A program made the position numbers and the translations under genes. Shown here piece after piece: positions 30,533 to 40,360 of a stretch of 64,000 bases of DNA (position 1 is its first letter; the number at the start of each line of letters is the position of its first letter). Location: positions 45,662 through 109,661 of IMG/VR virus record IMGVR_UViG_3300037590_000079; one strand, given 5' to 3'. The notes under the pieces are model-generated. The model searched no databases. It was not told the DNA's origin and worked only from the letters and a program-made list of their open reading frames with translations. This DNA comes from a virus (Duplodnaviria; Caudoviricetes).

Positions 30533-30793
30533 TTGGAACTGCTCTATATCGGATCGATCGTTACCATTCTCGGAATGCAGGGGCCTGACGGCCTGCCGAC
30601 CGTGACGGTCGATCATGTCCACATCGGCACGGAGGAATTCTGCTACGAGTGGCGCGATGCCTTCTACAGCGACGTGCCGCGATCGGTCGATCCCGTCACG
30701 GGTTCTTCCATCATCGCGACCTTCTTCGAATGCACGCCCTACCCGCCGGACAAGCTGATCGAGGCCGTCGAGGAGTTTCGCTCCAAGAGCTAA
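30533..30793 (+). CDS. Hypothetical protein (TTG start)
   Basis: AAGGAG RBS upstream of the TTG. Confidence 0.55.
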   Translation: MELLYIGSIVTILGMQGPDGLPTVTVDHVHIGTEEFCYEWRDAFYSDVPRSVDPVTGSSIIATFFECTPYPPDKLIEAVEEFRSKS

Positions 30794-30975
30794 TCATCCA
30801 CTCCGGCGATGTCGATGTAAGACCTCTGAGCGAGCATCCTGATCGAGGGACAGGCTTTCGAGACCTGCTCGCTGGCTTCTTCGTGACCGTTTGCGACAAG
30901 GTGACTGGCGATCGCTTTTGCGATCTCTGCGGAGAGATCGTCAATCTTATCGAGAACCTCGAACCTGTGTGACAT
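30790..30975 (-). CDS. Hypothetical protein
   Basis: GAGGG RBS and operator copy at 30990 upstream; convergent with the preceding gene. Confidence 0.55.
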   Translation of the reverse strand: MSHRFEVLDKIDDLSAEIAKAIASHLVANGHEEASEQVSKACPSIRMLAQRSYIDIAGVDD

Positions 30976-31152
30976 GACACCCTCGTTCAGTCATTAATGA
31001 CATTAGAAACAGTGGTTATCGAGTCGGAAACAATAGGTCAACACCCCTAACACCAAAAGGAAAATCGTGATTTTCCTTTTGCGCGCAGAAAGCATCCTTT
31101 GCGCTTTCGCTATATAGAAAGCGTGAAACATGACAGACAAGGAAGGCCCACA

Positions 31153-31476
31153 ATGTCGAAAGTGAACATGATGAACCTGCCCTCGAAAGAGGAGAGCAAC
31201 CCCATCGAGGAAGGTGACGGGGTGATCATCATTAAGCCGAACGGCGACATCAAGACCATGTCCTACGGCGTGGACAAGGATCTGGTGAAGGCCGTCAGCC
31301 GCAAGGATCCGGACAAGATGAACGAGCAGGAGCAGGCCATCTTCCTCCAGGGATACATGATGTTCCTTCTCACGATGGCGGCAAGCAGCAATGAAATCAT
31401 GAAGATGCTCGCGGATATCGCCGACCAGGCCGAGTTGTCCGGTGACACGGATAAATTCGTGAACCAGATGCACTGA
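31153..31476 (+). CDS. Hypothetical protein
   Basis: GGAAGG RBS; GCTATA promoter upstream. Confidence 0.7.
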   Translation: MSKVNMMNLPSKEESNPIEEGDGVIIIKPNGDIKTMSYGVDKDLVKAVSRKDPDKMNEQEQAIFLQGYMMFLLTMAASSNEIMKMLADIADQAELSGDTDKFVNQMH

Positions 31477-31483
31477 GGCCGAT

Positions 31484-31723
31484 ATGGCGAACGGTTACAG
31501 CAAAAAGAGGGTGGCCTTCGCGGCGGAGGTCTTTCTTTCGGAGATGCGGCACAGGGCTGCGCGCACGGGGGCACATGTTTCGATCGGGCGGCTGAAGGAT
31601 TATCCGCCCGATCAGAGATCCGCCGTGATCGCCAGTGTCGAGCGCGCCCTCAACTCGCTCGACACCAGTCACGACGAAGCCTTCGGAAAGTGGGCGGAAA
31701 AGCAGCCGGGCGATCTGTCCTGA
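31484..31723 (+). CDS. Hypothetical protein
   Basis: GAGG RBS. Confidence 0.6.
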   Translation: MANGYSKKRVAFAAEVFLSEMRHRAARTGAHVSIGRLKDYPPDQRSAVIASVERALNSLDTSHDEAFGKWAEKQPGDLS

Positions 31724-31770
31724 TTTGCGCTATATAGTAAGTAAGCCCTGACGAACGAGAGGAGAGGAAA

Positions 31771-32010
31771 ATGTCGGCAAGGATGATGAAACTGATCGAG
31801 AGCGATCTCGCCCGCGAAGGGAAGAGGCTGAGCGACACCAAGGTCTGCATGATCCTGACGGAAGGATCCGAGTTGAGGTGCAGGATCGAGAGTATCGATA
31901 TCGCCAATGGCTCGATGAAGGTGACGCACGAGCAAAGCCGGACACGGGGCTATGTGATGATGGCGCACGTCATAGCCGTCCAGATCGCGCCCGAGGATGA
32001 TCATGGGTAA
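31771..32010 (+). CDS. Hypothetical protein (possible Sm/Hfq-like beta fold)
   Basis: V.MILTEGSELRCRIESID ... YVMMAHVIAV; promoter and operator upstream. Confidence 0.5.
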   Translation: MSARMMKLIESDLAREGKRLSDTKVCMILTEGSELRCRIESIDIANGSMKVTHEQSRTRGYVMMAHVIAVQIAPEDDHG

Positions 32011-32230
32011 GAGGCGAATAACCAAGGCAATGCGTGAATTCATCAAGCAGCTGAGCGGCATCACCGACGAGTTCGAACTGGACGAAAGCCGAAGGCATCC
32101 GAGGATCACATTCTGCGGAAACAGAGGCCAATCCGTCGTAACCCTTTCGAAAACCCCATCGGACAGACATGCGGTGAAAAACGCGCTCGCGCAGTGCCGA
32201 AGAGCCGCGGAGAAAGCGGGCGTGATATGA
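32003..32230 (+). CDS. HicA-like small protein
   Basis: RHPRITF ... VTLSKTPSDRHAVKN...RR pattern. Confidence 0.5.
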   Translation: MGKRRITKAMREFIKQLSGITDEFELDESRRHPRITFCGNRGQSVVTLSKTPSDRHAVKNALAQCRRAAEKAGVI

Positions 32231-32640
32231 CACCGAGCAAGAAGGAATTCGAGCGGTTACTCCAGCAGCAGTCGCTCATGGATCACATCCGGGATTCGTT
32301 CCAATATACCACTCAGAACAGCCTGATGTTGCCATCAATGCGCGCAGGCAAGACGACGGCGACGGTGCAGGCTCTCCAGAAGATGAACCAGGACAGGAGA
32401 ATGCAGGACTTCGCCAGTTCGGTCCAGACATTGCCCTCTTCGACAACCGACACGTCAAAAGTCCTGGAGGAGATGAACCGGATCGCGAAGTCCTTCAAGA
32501 ACACCAAGATTCATGGTCGGGAACTCACCAACATCTTCATTGATGAATGGACGGATATGCCCCGTGACCAGCAGAAAGACGAGATCGAGGACGAGGATGA
32601 GGACTTCTATCGTCACAATCCTGACTGCGGTCGCTTCTGA
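32227..32640 (+). CDS. Hypothetical protein
   Basis: ATGA overlap; ends EDEDFYRHNPDCGRF. Confidence 0.6.
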   Translation: MTPSKKEFERLLQQQSLMDHIRDSFQYTTQNSLMLPSMRAGKTTATVQALQKMNQDRRMQDFASSVQTLPSSTTDTSKVLEEMNRIAKSFKNTKIHGRELTNIFIDEWTDMPRDQQKDEIEDEDEDFYRHNPDCGRF

Positions 32641-32694
32641 CCTGATCTTCCCGCGAGAAATCCGTCTTGCGATCTGATAATATCTAAGTAAGCA

Positions 32695-32913
32695 ATGAGA
32701 GAAGGGAAAATCGTGATTAGCGAGCAGGAAGCATTTACATGGCTGTTTCGGCAAATCGTGCCCGGCGCCGAAAACGCCGTTGTTCACGATTTCCATGTCG
32801 GCGATGAGGATGAGCCCAATATCATCATGCGGGCGATGGTTGATGGCGAGATTGTCACGAAGATGATCGCCAAAGTCTGGATCAAGGAAGATATGGCACA
32901 CTGCTGCCAGTGA
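32695..32913 (+). CDS. Hypothetical protein
   Basis: Follows a promoter/operator; exact start uncertain. Confidence 0.55.
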   Translation: MREGKIVISEQEAFTWLFRQIVPGAENAVVHDFHVGDEDEPNIIMRAMVDGEIVTKMIAKVWIKEDMAHCCQ

Positions 32914-32924
32914 GAGGAGAGATC

Positions 32925-33428
32925 ATGCAAGAACACGGAATTCACCTGCTTGAGGGAAGCGGCCCCTGCCCCTTCTGCACCCTGAACCTTCTGTGCAAGC
33001 CCACGCCGGAACAGGTGCAGGCGCTCGCGGAGATCATCGAGCGCAACGATCCGTCCGACCCCGATGTGGCCGAGTGCCTGCACGACGGCGATCCGGTCGT
33101 GTTCGAAAACATCCTGGACGGATGCCTGCCGGGTGAGATCGGCTACTACCTCCAGAACAACGGCCTGCCCTACAGCTGGGCCTGGAGCCCGTGCGACAAG
33201 ATGGGCGCGTTCGTGGGCGGCGGCATGGAGCTGTGGAACCCCGAAAAGGGCTCCTACACCTTCCTGACGCACGAGGAACAGATCGTTCTGCCGCTCACCA
33301 AGGCGGTCAATCCCGCACTGGTGCAGGAAGCGTGCGACTGGCTCGGCTGGCTGGAAGCGCGCATCGACGAGAAGGGTGCCGAGCATCGGCGCTCGAACGA
33401 AACCTCCGAGAAAAAGGAAACGGAATGA
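32925..33428 (+). CDS. Hypothetical protein
   Basis: GAGGAG RBS. Confidence 0.7.
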   Translation: MQEHGIHLLEGSGPCPFCTLNLLCKPTPEQVQALAEIIERNDPSDPDVAECLHDGDPVVFENILDGCLPGEIGYYLQNNGLPYSWAWSPCDKMGAFVGGGMELWNPEKGSYTFLTHEEQIVLPLTKAVNPALVQEACDWLGWLEARIDEKGAEHRRSNETSEKKETE

Positions 33429-33760
33429 GGACTTTTCGCTTTATGGGTGCCGCAACGGGCCTTCTGATCTTCCTGGCCGCGATTCTTGCTGGTCCGGTCC
33501 TTCACTTTGCGACGATGAAGGAGATCCAGTTCACCGTCACCGAGAAGGAGCGGGTGACGAACAGGGATGAAAGTTACTACCTGATCTTCACCGACGGCGA
33601 GGTGTTCGAGAACACCGATACCCTGCTTTCGCTCAAGTTCAACTCCTCGGATATCTACGGCCGGCTCAAGGTCGGCGAGACGTGCCGCGCGACGGTCAAC
33701 TGGTTTCGCGTGCCGTTCCTGAGCATGTATCGCAACATCATCTCCGCGGATTGCGCGTGA
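33425..33760 (+). CDS. Membrane-anchored phage protein
   Basis: N-terminal TM; TVTEKER ... VFENTD...KFNSSDIY ... RVPFLSMYRNII. Confidence 0.75.
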   Translation: MRTFRFMGAATGLLIFLAAILAGPVLHFATMKEIQFTVTEKERVTNRDESYYLIFTDGEVFENTDTLLSLKFNSSDIYGRLKVGETCRATVNWFRVPFLSMYRNIISADCA

Positions 33761-33875
33761 CCGCGTGATTCAGTAAGGGGTGATAGAAATATCACCCCTT
33801 AACTACCCGCCCGACATCCGATTTTCGATTTGCTACATTGCAAGTGTCAGTAAGCACATATTGAGGGAAAACAGA

Positions 33876-34190
33876 ATGAGTTTCGAGAAACTGCCTCCGA
33901 ACGAACGGCGCGCGATCAACTCGATCCTCGATGCCATCAAGGATCTGGACGACGAGGAACCCGTCAAGGTCGAGGTGTTCGGCGAGCGCGAGCGCGACTA
34001 CGCCGGCGGCTTCGACCGCGCGAAGATCCTCGCGCATATCGGCAACACCGACGTCACCGACCTGCGCCTGTTCAGCACGCAGATCAACGGCCAGATCACC
34101 ATGCTGCACGGCGAGGGTGACGATTTCATCCAGGATATCTCGGGCGAGACCGAGGCCGACCTGGAGAAGATCGAGAGGCTGCTGCCATGA
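33876..34190 (+). CDS. Hypothetical protein
   Basis: GAGGG RBS. Confidence 0.65.
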   Translation: MSFEKLPPNERRAINSILDAIKDLDDEEPVKVEVFGERERDYAGGFDRAKILAHIGNTDVTDLRLFSTQINGQITMLHGEGDDFIQDISGETEADLEKIERLLP

Positions 34191-34402
34191 GCCTGATGAA
34201 GATGATCAATGCCGCCTTCGAGAGCGAGGATGGCGCCGGATTTACGCTCAATATCTGGCTACAAGGCGGTGCCCATCTGCGCAACGTCGCCATCAGGCCG
34301 CACCGCCCTGATGCCTCGTGTCTGATCGGCGAGTTCCAGGAAACGGGTAACCCGGTCTGGGTGCGCCTCAGAGACATCGCGGCGCTGGAGATCGAGTGGT
34401 GA
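34187..34402 (+). CDS. Hypothetical protein
   Basis: ATGA overlap. Confidence 0.6.
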   Translation: MSLMKMINAAFESEDGAGFTLNIWLQGGAHLRNVAIRPHRPDASCLIGEFQETGNPVWVRLRDIAALEIEW

Positions 34403-34767
34403 GGGATCTGCTCGACACCCTGCCCGACGAGGCCGCGCAGCGCCGCGAGGCGATCTTCATGCGTGTGATGAGCCGCGTGGCGATCGATCCCGCGCTGACC
34501 TTCGACGGCACGCCCTGCTGGACATGGCAAGGACCGACCAGTGGCGACGGCCGCGGCGGCGGCTATCCCAGGATGTGTCTCGACGGCCAGACCGTAGCGG
34601 TTCACCGGGTCATGTATATCAACGCCTTCGGTTACGTGCCGGGCAAGAAGCAGATCGACCACAAGTGTCGGAACCGCTGCTGCGTGAACCCCAATCACCT
34701 GGAAAAGGTGACGCACAGAATGAACCAGAAACGGCGTGCCGCGGCGCGCAATGCAGAAGGGGAATGA
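34396..34767 (+). CDS. HNH endonuclease
   Basis: CWTWQG, GYP, VHRVMY, IDHKCRNRCCVNPNHLEKVT..N. Confidence 0.9.
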   Translation: MVRDLLDTLPDEAAQRREAIFMRVMSRVAIDPALTFDGTPCWTWQGPTSGDGRGGGYPRMCLDGQTVAVHRVMYINAFGYVPGKKQIDHKCRNRCCVNPNHLEKVTHRMNQKRRAAARNAEGE

Positions 34768-35249
34768 CCATGAAAATCAAATTGAAGAACATCCGGCACA
34801 ACGCGGCCATGTCCGAGGAGACGCACTGCTTCTCGGCATCGCTCTATGTGGACGGCGTCAAGATCGGCACGATCGGCAATCGTGGCCACGGGGGCTGCGA
34901 CGAGTTTCACGGCGATCGCGACGCCTACGCGCGCGCCGACACCTGGTGCCGTGCCAATCTGCCCAAGTGGGGCACTGAGTATGACGAGAAATGGCGCGAC
35001 ACCGACCTGGAAATGCACATCTGCGACCTCGTCAACCGGCACCTGATCCGCCAGGACATGAAGCGGATGATGCGCACCAAGATCCTGTTCGTCGAGAACG
35101 GCAATCTGATGCAGGTCAGCTACAAGGGCACGCGCAAGATCGACCAGCGGCACATCGACAATTTCAGGCAGCGCCACCCCGGCGTCGTGCCGCTCAACGA
35201 CATGCCCGAGGACAAGGCGCTGGAGACGTTCCGCGCCCACGCAGCCTGA
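34764..35249 (+). CDS. Hypothetical phage protein
   Basis: SEETHCFSASLYVDG...NRGHGG motif. Confidence 0.75.
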   Translation: MTMKIKLKNIRHNAAMSEETHCFSASLYVDGVKIGTIGNRGHGGCDEFHGDRDAYARADTWCRANLPKWGTEYDEKWRDTDLEMHICDLVNRHLIRQDMKRMMRTKILFVENGNLMQVSYKGTRKIDQRHIDNFRQRHPGVVPLNDMPEDKALETFRAHAA

Positions 35250-35274
35250 ACCACCTGCCAGAAAGGAAAACGCC

Positions 35275-35775
35275 ATGAAGGCCGAAATGAGAATCGGGCT
35301 GATCGATTACGACGAAGAGGAGCCTGGCCCGCTGTCCTCGACCACCCGGATCGATCTGGAAGTGGAGAACGACGGCATCATGATGCAGATGCCCGATGAT
35401 CGCCAGGACGACAGCACCTATCCCCGCGGCGTCAAGATCGAGGTCAACTCCGATGGCGAACTGTGCGTCCTCAGCTACGCTCTCGACACCGAAGAGCCGC
35501 TACGCGTCCGGCTGCCCCGCGACGGTGGCTTCATCACCGAGGATCTCGGCGACGAGAACAATGACGTGGTGAACGAGACCGAGCGTCTGCGCCGGCAGGT
35601 CGAGGCACTGGAGGCACTGCGGCCGGTCTGGGCGCAGGGGCACACGAATGACGGCCTCGCGGCGCAGACCTTCGGCAACGCGCTCTCGGAAATCTGGCGG
35701 CTTCTCGGCGTTCGGGATCAGACCGGAGCCGTCGCCGCGATCCGCGACCTGCAACACAAGAACGGAGAGTGCTGA
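35275..35775 (+). CDS. Hypothetical protein
   Basis: AAGGA RBS. Confidence 0.7.
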   Translation: MKAEMRIGLIDYDEEEPGPLSSTTRIDLEVENDGIMMQMPDDRQDDSTYPRGVKIEVNSDGELCVLSYALDTEEPLRVRLPRDGGFITEDLGDENNDVVNETERLRRQVEALEALRPVWAQGHTNDGLAAQTFGNALSEIWRLLGVRDQTGAVAAIRDLQHKNGEC

Positions 35776-36392
35776 TGGGGATCCGTATCAGGAACTGCGT
35801 GGGCTGGGGCCTCGATCTCACCGGGCTCGACAAGACCGTGATCGGCAATCACGACCGGATCGAAAGCGAGGATCGGTTCAATCGCTGGCGCGCGGATGTG
35901 GAAAGCTACGCCATCGCCAATAACGATCTGATGGAAAAGATGATGCTCAAGTCGGCGGACAAGGTGGGTCGCGCCACTTCGCTTGCCGACATGATCGTGA
36001 TGGACGAGGAGTTCGGGCTCGCCGACAAGGCGCTTTTCGTTCCAATCGGCTATCACAAGACGTGGATCCGCTACGGCGATCTCCTCGATATCTTCGAATA
36101 CGAGGCGATGCACGATCACAAGAGCCCGGACTGGATGACGCCTGAGTGGATCGAGAAGCCGGGCACGCTCTACCCGTTCATCGGCCTGATGTGCGCGAAT
36201 CCGAACAAGCCGCTCGGTTACGAGGAGTTCTGGGAGCCCTGCTACCTGGATCGCGCGGAAACTCGTGACGCTATTCCCAAGGCACCGGCGCATCTGTGGT
36301 TTCTGATCAAGCATCTGGAGCTGGTGCCGCAGGAGCAGGTCGCGGATGTGTTCCTGCGGCTGCGGCCGACCTTCTACAGGTATTTCTCCTGA
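35775..36392 (+). CDS. Hypothetical protein
   Basis: TGATG coupling. Confidence 0.7.
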   Translation: MGIRIRNCVGWGLDLTGLDKTVIGNHDRIESEDRFNRWRADVESYAIANNDLMEKMMLKSADKVGRATSLADMIVMDEEFGLADKALFVPIGYHKTWIRYGDLLDIFEYEAMHDHKSPDWMTPEWIEKPGTLYPFIGLMCANPNKPLGYEEFWEPCYLDRAETRDAIPKAPAHLWFLIKHLELVPQEQVADVFLRLRPTFYRYFS

Positions 36393-36694
36393 TGCCCTGG
36401 GTCGTGAAGGACGGCATGGCCGAGTGGTTCGACTGGGACAGCGACGCCCTCGACGGCACGTCCCAGTGGTATGGCACGCTTGCAGGCGCTGTAGCGCACG
36501 CAGGAGTGCAGGCAACGGCCTTCGCGCACCCCTGCAAGGCCGAGACCCTTTACGACGCTCACAGGGCGCTCACAGAGCGTCTCTGGGTGCCCGTCGGTGT
36601 CATGCTCGACTATCGCATCGCCGCGATCCCGAACCGGCTCGTGCTGCCGCCCTGCTCAGCTGCCGACATAACCCAGACACAGGGCGCGTCTTGA
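36392..36694 (+). CDS. Hypothetical protein
   Basis: TGATG coupling. Confidence 0.5.
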   Translation: MPWVVKDGMAEWFDWDSDALDGTSQWYGTLAGAVAHAGVQATAFAHPCKAETLYDAHRALTERLWVPVGVMLDYRIAAIPNRLVLPPCSAADITQTQGAS

Positions 36695-36735
36695 TCTGCT
36701 ATATTGTAAGTAAGCAGTGAGAGAAGGAGCGCGAC

Positions 36736-36933
36736 ATGAAACTGGAAGATCTCAAGGAAGGCGACGTGGTGAAGGTCGATGATGGCTTTCCCTGCATCGA
36801 CGCCTTCGTCGAAAAGCGGGTTCACATCGACGCGTGGGGCAATCTCTACGTGTTCTGCAAGAAGGGCAAGCACCTCCTGGACAGCCAGGAAGATGTGGAT
36901 GGCGAACTGATCGGCATCTCGAAGGCGGCCTGA
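36736..36933 (+). CDS. Hypothetical protein
   Basis: Promoter, operator and AAGGAG RBS. Confidence 0.7.
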   Translation: MKLEDLKEGDVVKVDDGFPCIDAFVEKRVHIDAWGNLYVFCKKGKHLLDSQEDVDGELIGISKAA

Positions 36934-37102
36934 TGTGCATTCCCCGTCTGCACTACGAAATCCTGTGCGCGATCTGGGGTGAGGCGCTGGTGCGGATGTT
37001 CTACCGCCCTGCCCGGCCCGGCGCGTTCTGATCCGTCATGACCTGCGACCCCTGCGACGACTGGTCGGCACACGACCTGCGCAAGATCAAGAGGAGATAC
37101 CC

Positions 37103-37330
37103 ATGAGCGACTACAGCCAGGCCCTGCGCACCCTCAACGACGCGGTCTACGCGGCGACGCGTGCGGCCGCGGCCGCGAACCAGCGTGCCGACCAGGAGCG
37201 GCTCGCTCGTATGGCACGCGAGATCGACGACATGGTGGACGGGCGCGCGAGCGCGCTGCGCGCGCGCCGAATGAACGCCGAGCTGTCCGCCGCGGAGCGC
37301 GACCTTCTGCACCTGAAAGGCATGGCCTGA
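37103..37330 (+). CDS. Hypothetical protein
   Basis: GAGGAG RBS. Confidence 0.65.
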   Translation: MSDYSQALRTLNDAVYAATRAAAAANQRADQERLARMAREIDDMVDGRASALRARRMNAELSAAERDLLHLKGMA

Positions 37331-37498
37331 TGGGCCTGCGCCAGGAAATGGAGGACTTCGAGGCGGCGATCGCTGCGGGAAAGGTCAAGGAATGGCGCGC
37401 AGGCGAGTGGTCGCCGCGCCGCGACTACCCCACCGATCCGAGCGCGCGCGAAGGACTCAGCACGCCGCAGATGGAACGCCTGAGAGGAGACTGACGCC

Positions 37499-37948
37499 AT
37501 GAGCGAACGCACCGCGACGCTGACCCTGACGAAACACCAGCTCGGCGCGATCGAGACGGCGCTGCATGACCTGCACGAAGCCGCCAAGGAGTGCGACCCG
37601 GAGATGGTCGAGACCGGCTACGGCCAGGCGACCGCCAACTCCATCGGTCTGCTGGGCATGACGGTGACACGCGCCCTGGACCAGCTCACCTACGGATGCG
37701 TCGATTGCGCCGTGAACACCAAAGAGATCAAGGAATACTACAACGTCCACGACTTCGTCTGGGCGAAATCCGGTCTCGGTGCGCATGACGGCATGCTCTG
37801 CATCGGCTGTCTCGAAAAGCGCATCGGTCGACCCCTGGAACCCGAAGATTTCACCGGAGCACCGATCAACATGATGAACAATATATCGGAGCGCATGCGC
37901 GCCCGACTCGGCAATCACAACATTGAGAAGGAGGCGTCATGCCGCTGA
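37499..37948 (+). CDS. Putative Zn-binding protein
   Basis: CVDC ... YYNVHD.VW ... LCIGCLEKRIGR.L...DF. Confidence 0.7.
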   Translation: MSERTATLTLTKHQLGAIETALHDLHEAAKECDPEMVETGYGQATANSIGLLGMTVTRALDQLTYGCVDCAVNTKEIKEYYNVHDFVWAKSGLGAHDGMLCIGCLEKRIGRPLEPEDFTGAPINMMNNISERMRARLGNHNIEKEASCR

Positions 37949-38160
37949 TCTATCGGATGTTCGATGAGGATTCGAAGCGCGCCTGGATTGCTTTCAGCGA
38001 CCGGCGTGACCCCGAACCGCATCAGCCGCACTGCATGCGCGTCGTGATAACCGGAACACGGCGCCGTGCCGCGCATGATCGCGTCGGCGTCGTGGGCCGC
38101 ACACCCACCGAGGCGCTCTACCGCCTTCGCAAGATCGAGGAGAAGATGAAATGCCGCTGA
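37939..38160 (+). CDS. Hypothetical protein
   Basis: GGAGG RBS. Confidence 0.6.
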   Translation: MPLIYRMFDEDSKRAWIAFSDRRDPEPHQPHCMRVVITGTRRRAAHDRVGVVGRTPTEALYRLRKIEEKMKCR

Positions 38161-38537
38161 TCTACCAGCACCGCATCTACCGCAAGGATCTGCGCGCGAA
38201 CCCGCACATCCTCTATGTGTTCGGCGACAACGTGAAACGCGTCGGCCTGGGCGGCCAGGCGCGCGAAATGCGCGGTGAGCAGAACGCCGTCGGTATCGCG
38301 ACGAAATGGGAACCCGACACGCGTCCCGCGTCGTATTTCAGCGACCGGCTGATCGAGCGGGAAAAGGAGATCATCCTCAACGATCTCCTGCCGGTGATGG
38401 CCGCGCTGATGAAGGGCGAAGTCGTGATCTGGCCGCTCGACGGCATCGGCACCGGCCTGAGCGCCATGCCCGATCGCGCACCGCAGACCTGGGCATGGCT
38501 CGAAGAAGTGCGCAAGATGATGGAGAAAACGGCATGA
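38151..38537 (+). CDS. Conserved phage protein (YVFGDN...GGQA...GIGTG family)
   Basis: LYVFGDN..R.G.GGQA..MRGE.NAVGIATK; P.DGIGTGL. Confidence 0.7.
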   Translation: MPLIYQHRIYRKDLRANPHILYVFGDNVKRVGLGGQAREMRGEQNAVGIATKWEPDTRPASYFSDRLIEREKEIILNDLLPVMAALMKGEVVIWPLDGIGTGLSAMPDRAPQTWAWLEEVRKMMEKTA

Positions 38538-39049
38538 TCTTCAACACCGAAACCAGCGTGATCTTCGATATCGACGGAACGGTCGCGGATATTTCGCACA
38601 GGCTGCATTTCATAGACGGCTCGAAAGGCGAGAAGGACTGGGACAGCTTCTTCGCCGAAGAGAACCTGATCAAGGACAAGCCAATCCCGGAGACCTGGGC
38701 GATCCTGGCCGCGATCCTGCGGGTTCATCATCCGCGGGTGCTCTTTGTTACGGGGCGGCCCGAGCGCCAGCGACATGCGACCTACAGGTGGCTGACAGAC
38801 GCCAACTGCAAACATCGCCATCTCGCCGCACATTACTGGCGGTTCGAGCACCACAACAATACCCCGCTGCTGTTCATGCGCAGCGACACCGACAGACGGC
38901 CCAGTCACGAGGTGAAAGAGGATCTGGTCAGGCGGGTGCGCGCGAGCGGATTCAATCCGCGGATCGCGTTCGAGGATCGCAAGCAGGATGCGGATATGTG
39001 GCGCCGCAACGGGCTGATCTGCTACCAGGTGGCCGAGGGGGATTACTGA
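38534..39049 (+). CDS. HAD-family phosphatase (T4 PNKP 3'-phosphatase-like)
   Basis: IFDIDGTVAD, VTGRPE, LFMR..D.R....VK, FEDR; CYQVAEGDY C-terminus. Confidence 0.88.
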   Translation: MIFNTETSVIFDIDGTVADISHRLHFIDGSKGEKDWDSFFAEENLIKDKPIPETWAILAAILRVHHPRVLFVTGRPERQRHATYRWLTDANCKHRHLAAHYWRFEHHNNTPLLFMRSDTDRRPSHEVKEDLVRRVRASGFNPRIAFEDRKQDADMWRRNGLICYQVAEGDY

Positions 39050-39050
39050 C

Positions 39051-39248
39051 ATGAAGACGGTAATCAAGCCTTGCCCCTTTTGCGGAGCCAAGCCGCACAA
39101 AAATCTTGGCAAGGTCTGGCATGACCAGCTCCACGGAGAAAAGCATCAGGATACCATCATCGCCTGTCCGCACCTGTGCGCCTCGATGCGGGGTAGTGAG
39201 GACGCGGTAATAGAGCGCTGGAATACCCGTGTCGAAGGAGATCGCTGA
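39051..39248 (+). CDS. Lar-like (restriction alleviation family) zinc-finger protein
   Basis: IKPCPFCG ... CPHLC ... AVIERWNTR. Confidence 0.65.
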   Translation: MKTVIKPCPFCGAKPHKNLGKVWHDQLHGEKHQDTIIACPHLCASMRGSEDAVIERWNTRVEGDR

Positions 39249-39249
39249 C

Positions 39250-39441
39250 ATGCCCGCCAACACCGGAAGCACCATCTACGTCGATACGGTCAGCATGATC
39301 GACGGCATGATCGAGGAGATTCGGGGCTATCGCGCGACCGAACATACCGAGGCGTGGCTCGTCTACCTGTTCTCCTGCGAGACGATCCGGATTCCGACGC
39401 ACCGCGTCGCGATGGTCGTGACAACAGAGGAGAGAACCTGA
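39250..39441 (+). CDS. Hypothetical protein
   Basis: AAGGAG RBS. Confidence 0.55.
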   Translation: MPANTGSTIYVDTVSMIDGMIEEIRGYRATEHTEAWLVYLFSCETIRIPTHRVAMVVTTEERT

Positions 39442-39623
39442 TGAAGAAATCGACCAAGAAAACCGGTCGGATCGGCCGCTTTCTGTGCCGCATCGGCATG
39501 CATAAGTGGGGACCGAAGTTTCCCGCCGTGCGCACCCTGCACGGCATGAGCCTCTGGGGCACGCAGGCGCAGGACTGTCAGCGCGAAGGATGCAGCTACA
39601 GGCTCTGGCACTGGCCGTCGTGA
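39441..39623 (+). CDS. Small Cys/His protein (DUF1660-like)
   Basis: FLCRIGMHKW ... CQREGC; GAGGAG RBS. Confidence 0.55.
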   Translation: MKKSTKKTGRIGRFLCRIGMHKWGPKFPAVRTLHGMSLWGTQAQDCQREGCSYRLWHWPS

Positions 39624-39691
39624 TCGCGAGCGAGACAGGACCGGCCGGGCGTGCTATACTTCGGTCAGCGGTGACTGAGTAGGATTGCACC

Positions 39692-39916
39692 ATGTTCGAC
39701 TTTCTCACACGGATCGGCCTGCCCTGGGAGAAAGTTGCACCCGCGTGGTTACGCGGCACATCCCGTCTCATCCACAACGCCATCTGGAAAGATATGGATC
39801 AGGATCTCTGCTCGCGCGCCGTCTGGAAGGGCTGGAAGCGCTGGATACGCACCTTCGGGGTCGAGCACTGCGTGGACAGTTTCCTGCACTATCACGGCAA
39901 GAAAAAGAGCCGCTAG
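39692..39916 (+). CDS. Hypothetical protein
   Basis: TGCTATACT promoter plus a perfect operator upstream. Confidence 0.6.
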   Translation: MFDFLTRIGLPWEKVAPAWLRGTSRLIHNAIWKDMDQDLCSRAVWKGWKRWIRTFGVEHCVDSFLHYHGKKKSR

Positions 39917-39978
39917 TATCCTGCCGTAAACCGCAAGTCGCTGTTCTACAATGAGAAATAGCAACTTGTGGAGGATCT

Positions 39979-40278
39979 ATGTTCATATACGCGGACAACA
40001 GGCAGCCCTTCTCGGGCAGCATCAACGTGTGGAACTGGGACGGCACCAAGAAGTTCCTCGAACACTACGACAACTACCTCTTGCTGCACCTCTTCGCCAC
40101 CGAGGGCACGCGCGCAGAGCGCGCCCAGGCGGAAAAGGAAATCGCGATCTGCGAGCGTAAGATGCGGTTCTGGCGGCGTCACCCGAAATTCGACAGCGAC
40201 GTGGCGCAGAAGGAGATCGAGACGCGCGTGCAGCAATGGAAGGGCCGTCTTGCGAAGATTCCCAGGGCCGGCCTGTAA
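39979..40278 (+). CDS. Hypothetical protein
   Basis: GGAGG RBS. Confidence 0.7.
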   Translation: MFIYADNRQPFSGSINVWNWDGTKKFLEHYDNYLLLHLFATEGTRAERAQAEKEIAICERKMRFWRRHPKFDSDVAQKEIETRVQQWKGRLAKIPRAGL

Positions 40279-40360
40279 GCGCCGCAAGAACCCAGCCGTA
40301 AGCCTCTGATTTCTTTGCTAATTTGTGAGCATAACGCAAGCAGAGACAAGGAGTGAAATC

